Source: Flavobacteriaceae bacterium
GTDB taxonomy: Bacteria > Bacteroidota > Bacteroidia > Flavobacteriales > Flavobacteriaceae
Length of the DNA stretch: 50,527 bases
NCBI GenBank assembly: GCA_020435805.1
Contig: JAGQZA010000001.1
Location: 1 to 50,527 of the forward strand
Direction: 5' to 3'
In this document: positions 42,547-50,527 of the stretch, piece by piece
Position numbering within the stretch: position 1 is the first letter of the stretch
Layout of the letters: each line of letters begins with the position of its first letter
The notes under the pieces: model-generated
Seen by the model: only the letters and a program-made list of their open reading frames with translations
The model's database searches: none
Told to the model about the DNA's origin: nothing
Position numbers and translations under genes: made by a program

Positions 42547-44967
42547 TTAATTGGCTTGATACAAAATAATTTCTTTCCCTTGGCCTTTTACTAAAAGGTT
42601 TACTTTGTTGTTTTTATTAGCATCTGCTAGATCTACTTCCGAAGTTCCATACACCGGAAAACTAGGCATGGGTTTTCCCGAAGAATCATAAAGATAAACT
42701 TGATTTTCTTTAAGCTCGGTTACCGAGATGTAGATTTTTTTATTGACGGTAAATATTTTAGGAGTACCATATTTTCCTAAGGGTAACTCTACTAACTGTC
42801 CATTAATACGTAGTAAATGATCGTCTAAGGTTACTTTTACGGTTCCTGAAATAGTAAAGTGATAATTGCTGGAAACCTGCAAAGATTGTGTATTTATTTT
42901 TCCGTCTTGTGTAATGGTTTCCTTCTTATTGTCTTTGGTAATCACGACAAAGTCACTTCCTTCCTTTTCAATTGGAATATTTGAAAATGCAAAGGTTTTA
43001 TTCAATGTAATTCGCTCTTTACCTACTCTACTCAATATGTTGAGTTTCCCATTTTCTTCGGCAAAAAACAAGTAGTCATTATTTCCAATTCGTATATGTT
43101 GTGGTGGCAGAATAATTTTTGAAGCCGCTTTCTTAAAGGTAAATCCGGAGACCTCTTTCCCTTGAGGGTCATACATTAACACCTGCTTATCTTGACAAAT
43201 GACAAAGCGGTATTTTCGATTGTTGTCGTAATCAAAAACAGCAAGGGGTTGAGTGATGTTGTCTTTAAATTTCTTAGGAAAAGGAGCTACGGCATTTCCA
43301 TTTCTATCTAAAATATAGAAGGTTTTTGACGTTGTAAAAGCCAATTGTTTTTTTCCGTTTCGCAAGATGTCAACTTCGTTTACAGCTCCTAAAATAGCTC
43401 CGTCCAATTGTTTTTTCCAAAGAATCTTTCCGTTAGTAGAAATAAAATACAATACGTTAGAGACATCCTGTACCACAATGTCTTTTCCAAGGGTATTATG
43501 ATTAGTAAAAAATTTAGGCACTCCCAACACCTCCCTGTCCAGTGCAATGGTAGTTACTTCAGAAACCATGTGGGTAGATTGTGTTTGCTTTGTGGTTTCT
43601 TTGCAGATAAAGTTTAGGTGTGCAAAATCGCGATCGTGAATAAGTTGAACTATCGCTAAGGGGAAGTCTTTAGTAGTGGAAGGCTTAGCACTCAAAAGAG
43701 CTGAAAAAAGCCCACTCCTTTTTCCTTGTAACGAGTACTGTGTTAATGAAGAAGCTTGTGCCAATTGCAATTGGGCACTTTCAAAGTGGGGGGTGTTGTG
43801 GAGTACCAAATTACTTTGATAGGCCGAAATAAGTGTCTGGGCAGTAGCCTCACTTTGGGTAAACACGATAAAATCTTCCCACTGAAAAACAGTAGTAAAG
43901 GAACCCTTTTTTAATAATGGGTAAAACGGTGTAAACAATAAGTTTTCATCTGTAAAACTAAAAAGGGGTACTTCGCGAAACGATTCTTTTTCTGAAATGT
44001 ACTTTGCCAAATCCTCCCAGGTAATTTCAGCGTCGAGACTTTTTAATGCAACGACATTTTCGGAAGCTATTTGTATTTCGGTGATTTCATTAATAGATTG
44101 AAAAAGCGGATTAATTTTTAGCGAATCTACAGTAAATTTTTGGAGGTTTTTCTGAAACAAATCAAGATTGTTAAAAGTAAAAGTTTGTGCCCTATTGGAA
44201 GTTATTGGAATAATGGCTGGGGCATCGTTTTGTTGCGGAATTTGCCCTTTAAATACCGAAAGTAATTGTGGAATGGTATCTTCCAAAACCACTCCGTTGC
44301 CCACAATCCCATCGGGCAGTAACTGTAAATTGAAGGAAGCCACAGGAGCCAAGGTAAGGCTTGTAGAATCATTCTGTACAATAGCGCCTAGCTGTTGGAT
44401 GTAGGCTAATTCTTCATCATTTTTAAGTTTGAAGGCTTTTGAAAACAGTGTTGAATTTTTAGCTTTTCCTTCCAGAGTATTTTTTAAAAGAGCTTCGGAA
44501 GTACACATGATAAATATGCTGTCTATAATAACACTATACACTTCGGAAGCGTCTTTACTTATTTTTTTTATGGTGTTTCCCTCAAAAGGAATATTGGTGT
44601 GTATTGCATTAGCAATAGAGTCGGGGAGAAAAAGGGTAGGTGAAATTTTGGTAATTAAAGTGAAATTACTGGAAGAATCTTTCAAGGTTTCTTTGCATAA
44701 TAATACATTCCCGATAGGCTTTACAAATTGAAAAATAGAATTTTTATCGGTAAAGAAATTTGAAAAAGGTTCATCCTTCAATTGCTTCATTAAAGGGTTA
44801 TTTTTATAATCGCGTTTGGTTGTTTCCCAGTTTTTAATCTTTAAAACCGTTTGGGTATTTTGGGGTATATAACCGGAAAGATCATGAGTGTCTCGAGAGG
44901 TAGTTTCGCATCCTATAAAGGACAAAAATACCATAGCGATAAAGGTGAGATTCCAAAATTTCTGCAT
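42547..44967 (-). CDS. Large conserved Flavobacterial lipoprotein with C-terminal beta-propeller
   Basis: Lipobox FIGC, GKILWKK, VDILRNGKKQLAF, VFDYDNNRKYRF; -7 box TACTTTTG just upstream of the ATG. Confidence 0.7.
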   Translation of the reverse strand: MQKFWNLTFIAMVFLSFIGCETTSRDTHDLSGYIPQNTQTVLKIKNWETTKRDYKNNPLMKQLKDEPFSNFFTDKNSIFQFVKPIGNVLLCKETLKDSSSNFTLITKISPTLFLPDSIANAIHTNIPFEGNTIKKISKDASEVYSVIIDSIFIMCTSEALLKNTLEGKAKNSTLFSKAFKLKNDEELAYIQQLGAIVQNDSTSLTLAPVASFNLQLLPDGIVGNGVVLEDTIPQLLSVFKGQIPQQNDAPAIIPITSNRAQTFTFNNLDLFQKNLQKFTVDSLKINPLFQSINEITEIQIASENVVALKSLDAEITWEDLAKYISEKESFREVPLFSFTDENLLFTPFYPLLKKGSFTTVFQWEDFIVFTQSEATAQTLISAYQSNLVLHNTPHFESAQLQLAQASSLTQYSLQGKRSGLFSALLSAKPSTTKDFPLAIVQLIHDRDFAHLNFICKETTKQTQSTHMVSEVTTIALDREVLGVPKFFTNHNTLGKDIVVQDVSNVLYFISTNGKILWKKQLDGAILGAVNEVDILRNGKKQLAFTTSKTFYILDRNGNAVAPFPKKFKDNITQPLAVFDYDNNRKYRFVICQDKQVLMYDPQGKEVSGFTFKKAASKIILPPQHIRIGNNDYLFFAEENGKLNILSRVGKERITLNKTFAFSNIPIEKEGSDFVVITKDNKKETITQDGKINTQSLQVSSNYHFTISGTVKVTLDDHLLRINGQLVELPLGKYGTPKIFTVNKKIYISVTELKENQVYLYDSSGKPMPSFPVYGTSEVDLADANKNNKVNLLVKGQGKEIILYQAN

Positions 44968-45079
44968 ACACAAAAGTAGTAAGGTTTCAAGGAAAAAAGA
45001 GAGCCTCTCCCAAGAGTTTATCGACGGGTTTTTAACAACTTTTGGTTTTTGGTACTTCTCTTCTAAAAAGAGAAAAAGG

Positions 45080-45829
45080 CTAAAAATCCAACCAAATTTT
45101 AAAATCTTTGGTTTTTGCCCTGCTCACAATTTCTTTTTGGTGGTTGAGCAAGGTAATGTCTATACGATTTTGTGAAAGTACCTCCATTTTTTTGATACTC
45201 TCCATATGTATAATTGTTTTTCTGTTGATTCTGAAGAATTTTTTTGGATCCAATTGCTTTTCAAGATTTTCCAGACTATAATTTATTACATAAGATTTGC
45301 CTTCCTTACTTCGAAGTACAGTTGCTTGGTCTTCAAACTGAAAGAAGAGAATATCGTCGGCAGCAATTGAGTACACAGTATGGTTTAATTTAACAAAAAA
45401 TCTCGATTTATAGTTTGGAAAAAAACTCTTTTTTAATGCTTCTATTACTTCTTTTTCAATGCTGAAATTTTTAACGGGATATATTTTTCGATACTTATCG
45501 AGAGCCTTTTCAATATCAGCTTGTAAATAGGGTTTCAAAATATAATCAATACTGTTTAATTTGAATGCTTCAATGGCATAATGGTTAAAAGCAGTCACAA
45601 AAATGATAGGAGAAAGTAGTGTAGTTTTTTCAAAAATTTCAAAAGAAATGCCGTCAGATAGTTGGATGTCCAAGAAGAGTAAATCTGGGGGGTCATTTGC
45701 CTCTAGCCAAGAAAGAGTTTCCTTTACCGATGTGCAAACATCAAGGATACAAACATTTTCTACTTTTTTAAGCATGCCTAATAGCCGTTTAGCAGCATGT
45801 AACTCGTCTTCAACGATAAGTATGTTCAT
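45080..45829 (-). CDS. LytTR-family response regulator
   Basis: IVEDE, FLDIQL.DG, FVTAF..YAIEAF..DYILKP, FFRINR, VSR. Confidence 0.93.
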   Translation of the reverse strand: MNILIVEDELHAAKRLLGMLKKVENVCILDVCTSVKETLSWLEANDPPDLLFLDIQLSDGISFEIFEKTTLLSPIIFVTAFNHYAIEAFKLNSIDYILKPYLQADIEKALDKYRKIYPVKNFSIEKEVIEALKKSFFPNYKSRFFVKLNHTVYSIAADDILFFQFEDQATVLRSKEGKSYVINYSLENLEKQLDPKKFFRINRKTIIHMESIKKMEVLSQNRIDITLLNHQKEIVSRAKTKDFKIWLDF

Positions 45830-46832
45830 AGTCTATAATGGGTATTTTTACAACAAACTCTTTATCGGTTTCTTCAATGATTACCTCTTTTTGTGAAAGT
45901 ATTTTGTAACGGTTTATAATATTGTCTAACCCAATTCCGGAAGAGTAGATATAGTTTGCCTTTTGTAGCACATTGTTTTTTACAATTAAATAAGGATGTT
46001 CTACAAAAATTGAAATAAACAACTTGTTTTCTGGTGAGATAATATTGTGTTTTACTGCATTTTCAATTAACAATTGAAGTGTAAAAGTGGCAATTTTAAA
46101 ATTTTTAAAATCTTCGGTCTTATAGATAAACTCAACAGCATCTCCATGCTTAATTTTCAGAAGATACATAAACGAATGAATCATTTTAAACTCTTTTTCA
46201 ATAGCTACCAAATCGGCTTTTTTTTCCTCCAATAGGTAACGATAAATGGTGGAAAATTGAATGATATACGCTTCTGCTTCTTGGCTTTTTTCACTCACTA
46301 AGTGCGAAAGGGTGTTTAAATTATTAAATAAAAAATGTGGATTGATTTGGTTTTTTAGTGCCAGTAATTCTTGTTTAATACGCTGTTTGCTAATTTCTTG
46401 GTTTTTAATAAGCGATTTTTCCCATGAAGAAAAGAAGTAAGTACTATTTATATACAACAAAACGATAATAATTGTAAAAAGGTTATTGAGGTTTAAAAAA
46501 TAAATTTGTGCTTCGCTGTATTGTTCTGGATAGAGACCAAAAATAATTTCAATAGCGATATAATTAAGTGGGATAAAAACCAAAACAATAAAAACGGCAT
46601 TTGCCCAAAGTATTTTGTAAAGTTGAGTAATCCAATTGTATTTTTTGTAGAAATATTTTGCAGACATTTCGGCCAGTTCATAGACTACAAAAAAAGTAAG
46701 GATGTAGTAAAGGAGTACCCGGGCATTTTCTTCTTGGGGATCTGAAAAACAATAGGGGCAAAAAATAAAAGAGCTAAACCCTCCTATGAGTATAGCCCTT
46801 ATTATCTTTTTAAACCATTTATTTTTAAGCAT
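45810..46832 (-). CDS. LytS-type sensor histidine kinase
   Basis: Four TM segments, LKNQINPHFLFNNLN, LQLLIENAVKHN, GIGLDNI..RY. Confidence 0.93.
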   Translation of the reverse strand: MLKNKWFKKIIRAILIGGFSSFIFCPYCFSDPQEENARVLLYYILTFFVVYELAEMSAKYFYKKYNWITQLYKILWANAVFIVLVFIPLNYIAIEIIFGLYPEQYSEAQIYFLNLNNLFTIIIVLLYINSTYFFSSWEKSLIKNQEISKQRIKQELLALKNQINPHFLFNNLNTLSHLVSEKSQEAEAYIIQFSTIYRYLLEEKKADLVAIEKEFKMIHSFMYLLKIKHGDAVEFIYKTEDFKNFKIATFTLQLLIENAVKHNIISPENKLFISIFVEHPYLIVKNNVLQKANYIYSSGIGLDNIINRYKILSQKEVIIEETDKEFVVKIPIIDYEHTYR

Positions 46833-46864
46833 AAATTAAAAGTAAATGATTTGGTGTAAAAATG

Positions 46865-48244
46865 CTATTTCTTAAATAATTTTATGGTTTTTGACTTTTT
46901 AAAACCTTCAGAAATTACGAGCAAGCAGTGAGTTTTGATGGTTATAGGAATGTTGTTTTTCCCGATAAGAATAGGGTATTCTTTTTCAGGCAAAATTTGC
47001 TTACCGTCATACCCATATATCGTTACATAGAGTTTCGTGTCTCGGTTTGAGATAAGTTGTATGCCTTCATTATTATAGGGATTGGTGTAGCGAAACGTTA
47101 TTCCATTTAGGTCATTTTCTTTTGGGGCAGCTAAAATTTCTACAGTTCCCATTCCACCATAAACTCCCATATCGTTTCGGGTGGTTCCTCTGGAAGGGAA
47201 CAATGCATTTCCAGGTAAAAGAGGGTCTTCTATATCATTATACAGTGGATCTGGATTTCCGGCATCAACACAAGGAGAAGAAGTACTTAGTAAGAAACTT
47301 CCCATATCTTCAAAAAGAGGGTTTTCGTCAATCATCCCTTCTTCATTCCCTGCACCGTCAAACCCTCCTTCTATATTAGTATAGGTTAGGTTTGCATTCC
47401 CTGAGAAACGCTTATAAATTTGTGGGAAAGAATTTGTGGCAGTATTTCCATAGATGATACAGTTGGTAATGATGGTAGTGGTTCCTGTAGTAATAAGGGC
47501 ACCTCCCTTATCTCCAGAGTGATTATTTACAATAGTGTTATTTTCTAAAGTTACAGGTTCCCAATCTACATATATACCTCCCCCACCATTGAAAGATCCC
47601 GTGGCAAGATTATAAGAAATTAAATTATTGGAAATAGTAGCCCCTCCACAATAGGCAATCATGATTCCACCTGCATATCCTCCAGAGTTACCGGTAATAA
47701 TATTATTTGTAATAATAGGTTGTCCAAAACCCATTCGTATTCCGCCACCACCAGCTCCGGCAACACCTGCTTCGGCAATACAATGATTGTTTTTGATGAT
47801 ATTATTTTTTATGGTTGGTGATGTTTGATTAATTAAAATTCCGCCTCCAGTTCTAAAATAGGCATCATCTGCGGGATTGTAGGTTTTTGTTCCAGAACCT
47901 CCCATAATTGTGAATCCTTGTAAAACAGAATCATTTCCTTCTCCATTTTTAAAACTTACACAGCTCCCAATATCGGGATTGGTGGGTTGACTTCCATCAA
48001 TGATGGTATTGATAATATCATTTACATCTCCACTAAAAATAAAGTTGCTGGTTATTGTAATGGCCTTTCCCAAAAAGTCTATATTTTCAATATAAAGACC
48101 ATTTTCCACGATAATCACATCTCCAGGGTTTGCCACAATAATGGCCTCCTGAATAGTAGAATAGTCTGTGGGAACATGAATATCAGCTGCTATTATCGTA
48201 CCGGTGGTAATAGCTAATAAAAGAAAAAATAATTTTGTTTTCAT
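46865..48244 (-). CDS. Secreted right-handed beta-helix protein with probable T9SS CTD
   Basis: IHVPTDYSTIQEAI, GGGI/I.NN.I repeats, SPCVDAGNP, RNDMGVYGG, C-terminal KTIKLFKK. Confidence 0.75.
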   Translation of the reverse strand: MKTKLFFLLLAITTGTIIAADIHVPTDYSTIQEAIIVANPGDVIIVENGLYIENIDFLGKAITITSNFIFSGDVNDIINTIIDGSQPTNPDIGSCVSFKNGEGNDSVLQGFTIMGGSGTKTYNPADDAYFRTGGGILINQTSPTIKNNIIKNNHCIAEAGVAGAGGGGIRMGFGQPIITNNIITGNSGGYAGGIMIAYCGGATISNNLISYNLATGSFNGGGGIYVDWEPVTLENNTIVNNHSGDKGGALITTGTTTIITNCIIYGNTATNSFPQIYKRFSGNANLTYTNIEGGFDGAGNEEGMIDENPLFEDMGSFLLSTSSPCVDAGNPDPLYNDIEDPLLPGNALFPSRGTTRNDMGVYGGMGTVEILAAPKENDLNGITFRYTNPYNNEGIQLISNRDTKLYVTIYGYDGKQILPEKEYPILIGKNNIPITIKTHCLLVISEGFKKSKTIKLFKK

Positions 48245-48306
48245 GGTATTTTTTTATGGTTTCGATCTAAATGTAGCCCAAACCATCTTGAAGATAAAAA
48301 CCTATA

Positions 48307-48359
48307 TGTTGAATGGTAATTATTGGTTTTGAACGGAATGAAAAGACATTTGAATGGTT
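48307..48359 (-). promoter_or_regulatory. Three LytTR-type direct repeats
   Basis: TTGAAYGG at 48309, 48329 and 48350 (CCRTTCAA on the minus strand), spacing 20 and 21 bp, upstream of the beta-helix/lytS/lytTR genes. Confidence 0.75.
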
Positions 48360-48367
48360 TTTCTATT

Positions 48368-48964
48368 TTAAAAAAAGGAAAGTTGTTCGGGAAGTAATTT
48401 GAAGCTTTTTCGGTGATAGAGCGTTGGACCATATTTTTTTATGGCTAACCTATGCTCAACGGTAGGGTATCCTTTGTTTTTGTTCCAGTGATAGTGTGGA
48501 AATTCTTCATGTAATTTTTCCATAAAATCATCTCGATAGGTTTTTGCTAAAATGGAAGCTGCCGCTATGTGCAAATATTTTCCATCACCTTTAACCACAC
48601 ACTCATAGGGCGTTTTTCCGAAGGGCTTAAATTTATTACCATCAATAGCAATAAACTCCGGTTGCTGCTCCAATTGTTCAATAGCGCGATGCATGGCTAA
48701 AATGGAAGCATTTAAGATGTTGATTTGGTCAATGTCATCCATCATGACGTGAGAAACGGCAAAACAAATGGCTTCGGCTTCAATAATGGGGCGAAGTTCC
48801 TCTCTTTTTTTTTCTGAAAGTTGTTTTGAATCATTTAACCATGGATGCGAAAAATCATTCGGTAAAATAACGGCGGCAGCAGTTACAGGGCCTGCCAAAC
48901 AACCACGCCCCGCTTCGTCGGTGCCGCATTCTACTAAATGAGGATGAATTTTGAGGGATAGCAT
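48368..48964 (-). CDS. rnhB: Ribonuclease HII
   Basis: [26 protein letters not shown]...[23 protein letters not shown]; start ATG 48964. Confidence 0.96.
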   Translation of the reverse strand: MLSLKIHPHLVECGTDEAGRGCLAGPVTAAAVILPNDFSHPWLNDSKQLSEKKREELRPIIEAEAICFAVSHVMMDDIDQINILNASILAMHRAIEQLEQQPEFIAIDGNKFKPFGKTPYECVVKGDGKYLHIAAASILAKTYRDDFMEKLHEEFPHYHWNKNKGYPTVEHRLAIKKYGPTLYHRKSFKLLPEQLSFF

Positions 48965-49026
48965 AGCAATTAAAAATACGCATTTCCGTTTAAAAAATTT
49001 ACCTTTGCTTTTTAAGTTTTCAACGA

Positions 49027-50527
49027 ATGAAAAAAACACTGTTGCTCCTTTTTCTACTAAGCTGCTTCGCACCGGTGTTTTCTCAAAGTTATCCCAGCGG
49101 GGGAACCCTTCCTAATGGCAAAAAAGAAAAACCCCCTATCGATTTGTATAAAATTATTTCGTTTGAAAGGGATACAACGTATTTGGATACTACGCTTTCC
49201 ATTCAAAAAAATTACAAGTTCAATTATTTACGGCGAGACAATTTTGAATTGCTCCCTTTTTCCAACGTAGGGCATACCTATAATTCGCTGGCATATACGT
49301 TTAACAAAGAAAACCTCATGCCGTTGTTTGTAGCCCAATCGCACCATTTTAATTACGCCGAAGCAGAGGATATAAACTATTACAGCGTCCCCACACCATT
49401 AACCGAATTGTATTTTAAAACAGCCTTTTCGCAAGGGCAACAAATGGATGGTTTTTTTACGGTAAATACCAGTGAACGCTTTAATTTTTCCATTGCCTAC
49501 AAGGGAGTTCGATCCTTAGGGCAGTATCAAAATAGTTTAACGAGTACCGGAAATTTCAGGTTTACCACAAATTATCATACTAAAAACAACCGCTACCATA
49601 TACGGGCACATTTGGTGGCGCAGGATATGTTTAATGAAGAAAACGGAGGGCTAACAGCGGGTTCAAAAGTTTTGTTTGAAACTAACGACCCCGAATTTCA
49701 GGATCGTGGAAGACTGGATGTGAATTTTGAAAATGCCGATAATAAACTGGAAGGGCTTCGTTTTTTTGGAATTCAGGAATATAATCTCATTGCAAAAAAA
49801 GACAGTACAAGCTATTCTGTAGTGACATTGGGAGCTATTACAAGCTATGAAACCAAAGATTTTAAATTTGGACAAAAAGCCCCTTTTGAAGGATTTGGAG
49901 CTTCCTACGAAAGGGAAAAACTGTTTACTAAAACCGTATTCGATAAATTCGAAGCCAAGGGGACTGTTACCTTTCAAAATTCAATAGTAGGAAACCTTTC
50001 CGCATATATTGGCTATACCGATTATGATTATGGCTACGATTCAGCATTAGTGTTGGATGAAGGAACTATTACTAATAGATTCCAAGGAAATTTAATTAGC
50101 GCAGGTGCGTCGTATCAAAAAGAATATAAGGGTTTTCAGCTCTTCGGAAAAGGGGGTATTAACATTTCGGGTGATTTTGATGCTAATTACTTGTTAGGCG
50201 GTGCCTCTTATCAATTTGATGAAGATAATGCTGTAAAAGGACAGATAAAAATTCATAGTGTAGCCCCAAACTTCAATTTTTTACTGTACCAAAGTGATTA
50301 TGTAAATTACAATTGGCAAACTAATTTCAATAATGTAAAAACCCAGGAATTGTATTTTGAAGTGGATTCCAAAAAATGGTTAAAAGCTTCGGTAAGTTAT
50401 ACGGGTATTGAAGATTATGCCTATTTTGCTATTACTGAAGGAGAAACTACTCCCACTCCTCATCAATTTAAGGAAAGGGTAGATTACTTGAAAGTTAAAG
50501 GAGAAAGAGAATTTAAATATGGCAAAT
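49027..50527 (+). CDS. Putative porin (outer-membrane beta-barrel), 5' partial
   Basis: Manual translation [20 protein letters not shown]...[48 protein letters not shown]..., apparently open to the window end; -7 box TACCTTTG upstream. Confidence 0.8.
   Translation, partial: MKKTLLLLFLLSCFAPVFSQSYPSGGTLPNGKKEKPPIDLYKIISFERDTTYLDTTLSIQKNYKFNYLRRDNFELLPFSNVGHTYNSLAYTFNKENLMPLFVAQSHHFNYAEAEDINYYSVPTPLTELYFKTAFSQGQQMDGFFTVNTSERFNFSIAYKGVRSLGQYQNSLTSTGNFRFTTNYHTKNNRYHIRAHLVAQDMFNEENGGLTAGSKVLFETNDPEFQDRGRLDVNFENADNKLEGLRFFGIQEYNLIAKKDSTSYSVVTLGAITSYETKDFKFGQKAPFEGFGASYEREKLFTKTVFDKFEAKGTVTFQNSIVGNLSAYIGYTDYDYGYDSALVLDEGTITNRFQGNLISAGASYQKEYKGFQLFGKGGINISGDFDANYLLGGASYQFDEDNAVKGQIKIHSVAPNFNFLLYQSDYVNYNWQTNFNNVKTQELYFEVDSKKWLKASVSYTGIEDYAYFAITEGETTPTPHQFKERVDYLKVKGEREFKYGK

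Noticed and set aside
44994-45025. AAAAAAGAGAGCCTCTCCCAAGAG as a terminator
   Set aside because: It looks like one arm of a hairpin only; the pairing is too weak to call.
206-49977. Many short antisense or alternative-frame ORFs in the track (e.g. 206-505, 4909-5271, 10204-10545, 49663-49977)
   Set aside because: They are shadows of well-supported genes and show no recognisable motifs.

Overview
Chromosomal window from a Flavobacteriaceae-like (Bacteroidota) bacterium, judged from T9SS C-terminal domains, TAnnTTTG -7 promoter boxes and gene content. Bases 1-12.9 kb are a phenylacetate catabolic operon (paaA partial, paaBCD, paaG, paaH, paaI, thiolase, paaZ, a second hydratase, paaY) that runs straight into 2-oxoacid dehydrogenase E2 and fused E1 genes. 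The rest holds T9SS cargo genes, a short SNase-like nuclease, hutU, a cluster of surface/fibre-like genes with a decayed paralogue, an AbiH-like gene next to lysS, lipB, a LytS/LytTR module, rnhB and a partial porin gene. The most striking signal is a set of short REP-like palindromic elements. Nine copies of a 23-24 bp covarying hairpin family and four of a second family all lie in the sense orientation, five of them in-frame inside enzyme genes, and one has a further 24-bp hairpin nested in it. Also seen: a candidate promoter-to-terminator ~100-nt structured RNA, two small genes missing from the ORF track, and several regulator-binding repeat arrays. No rRNA, tRNA, CRISPR array or transposase was recognised. 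All family assignments are by motif recognition, not database search.
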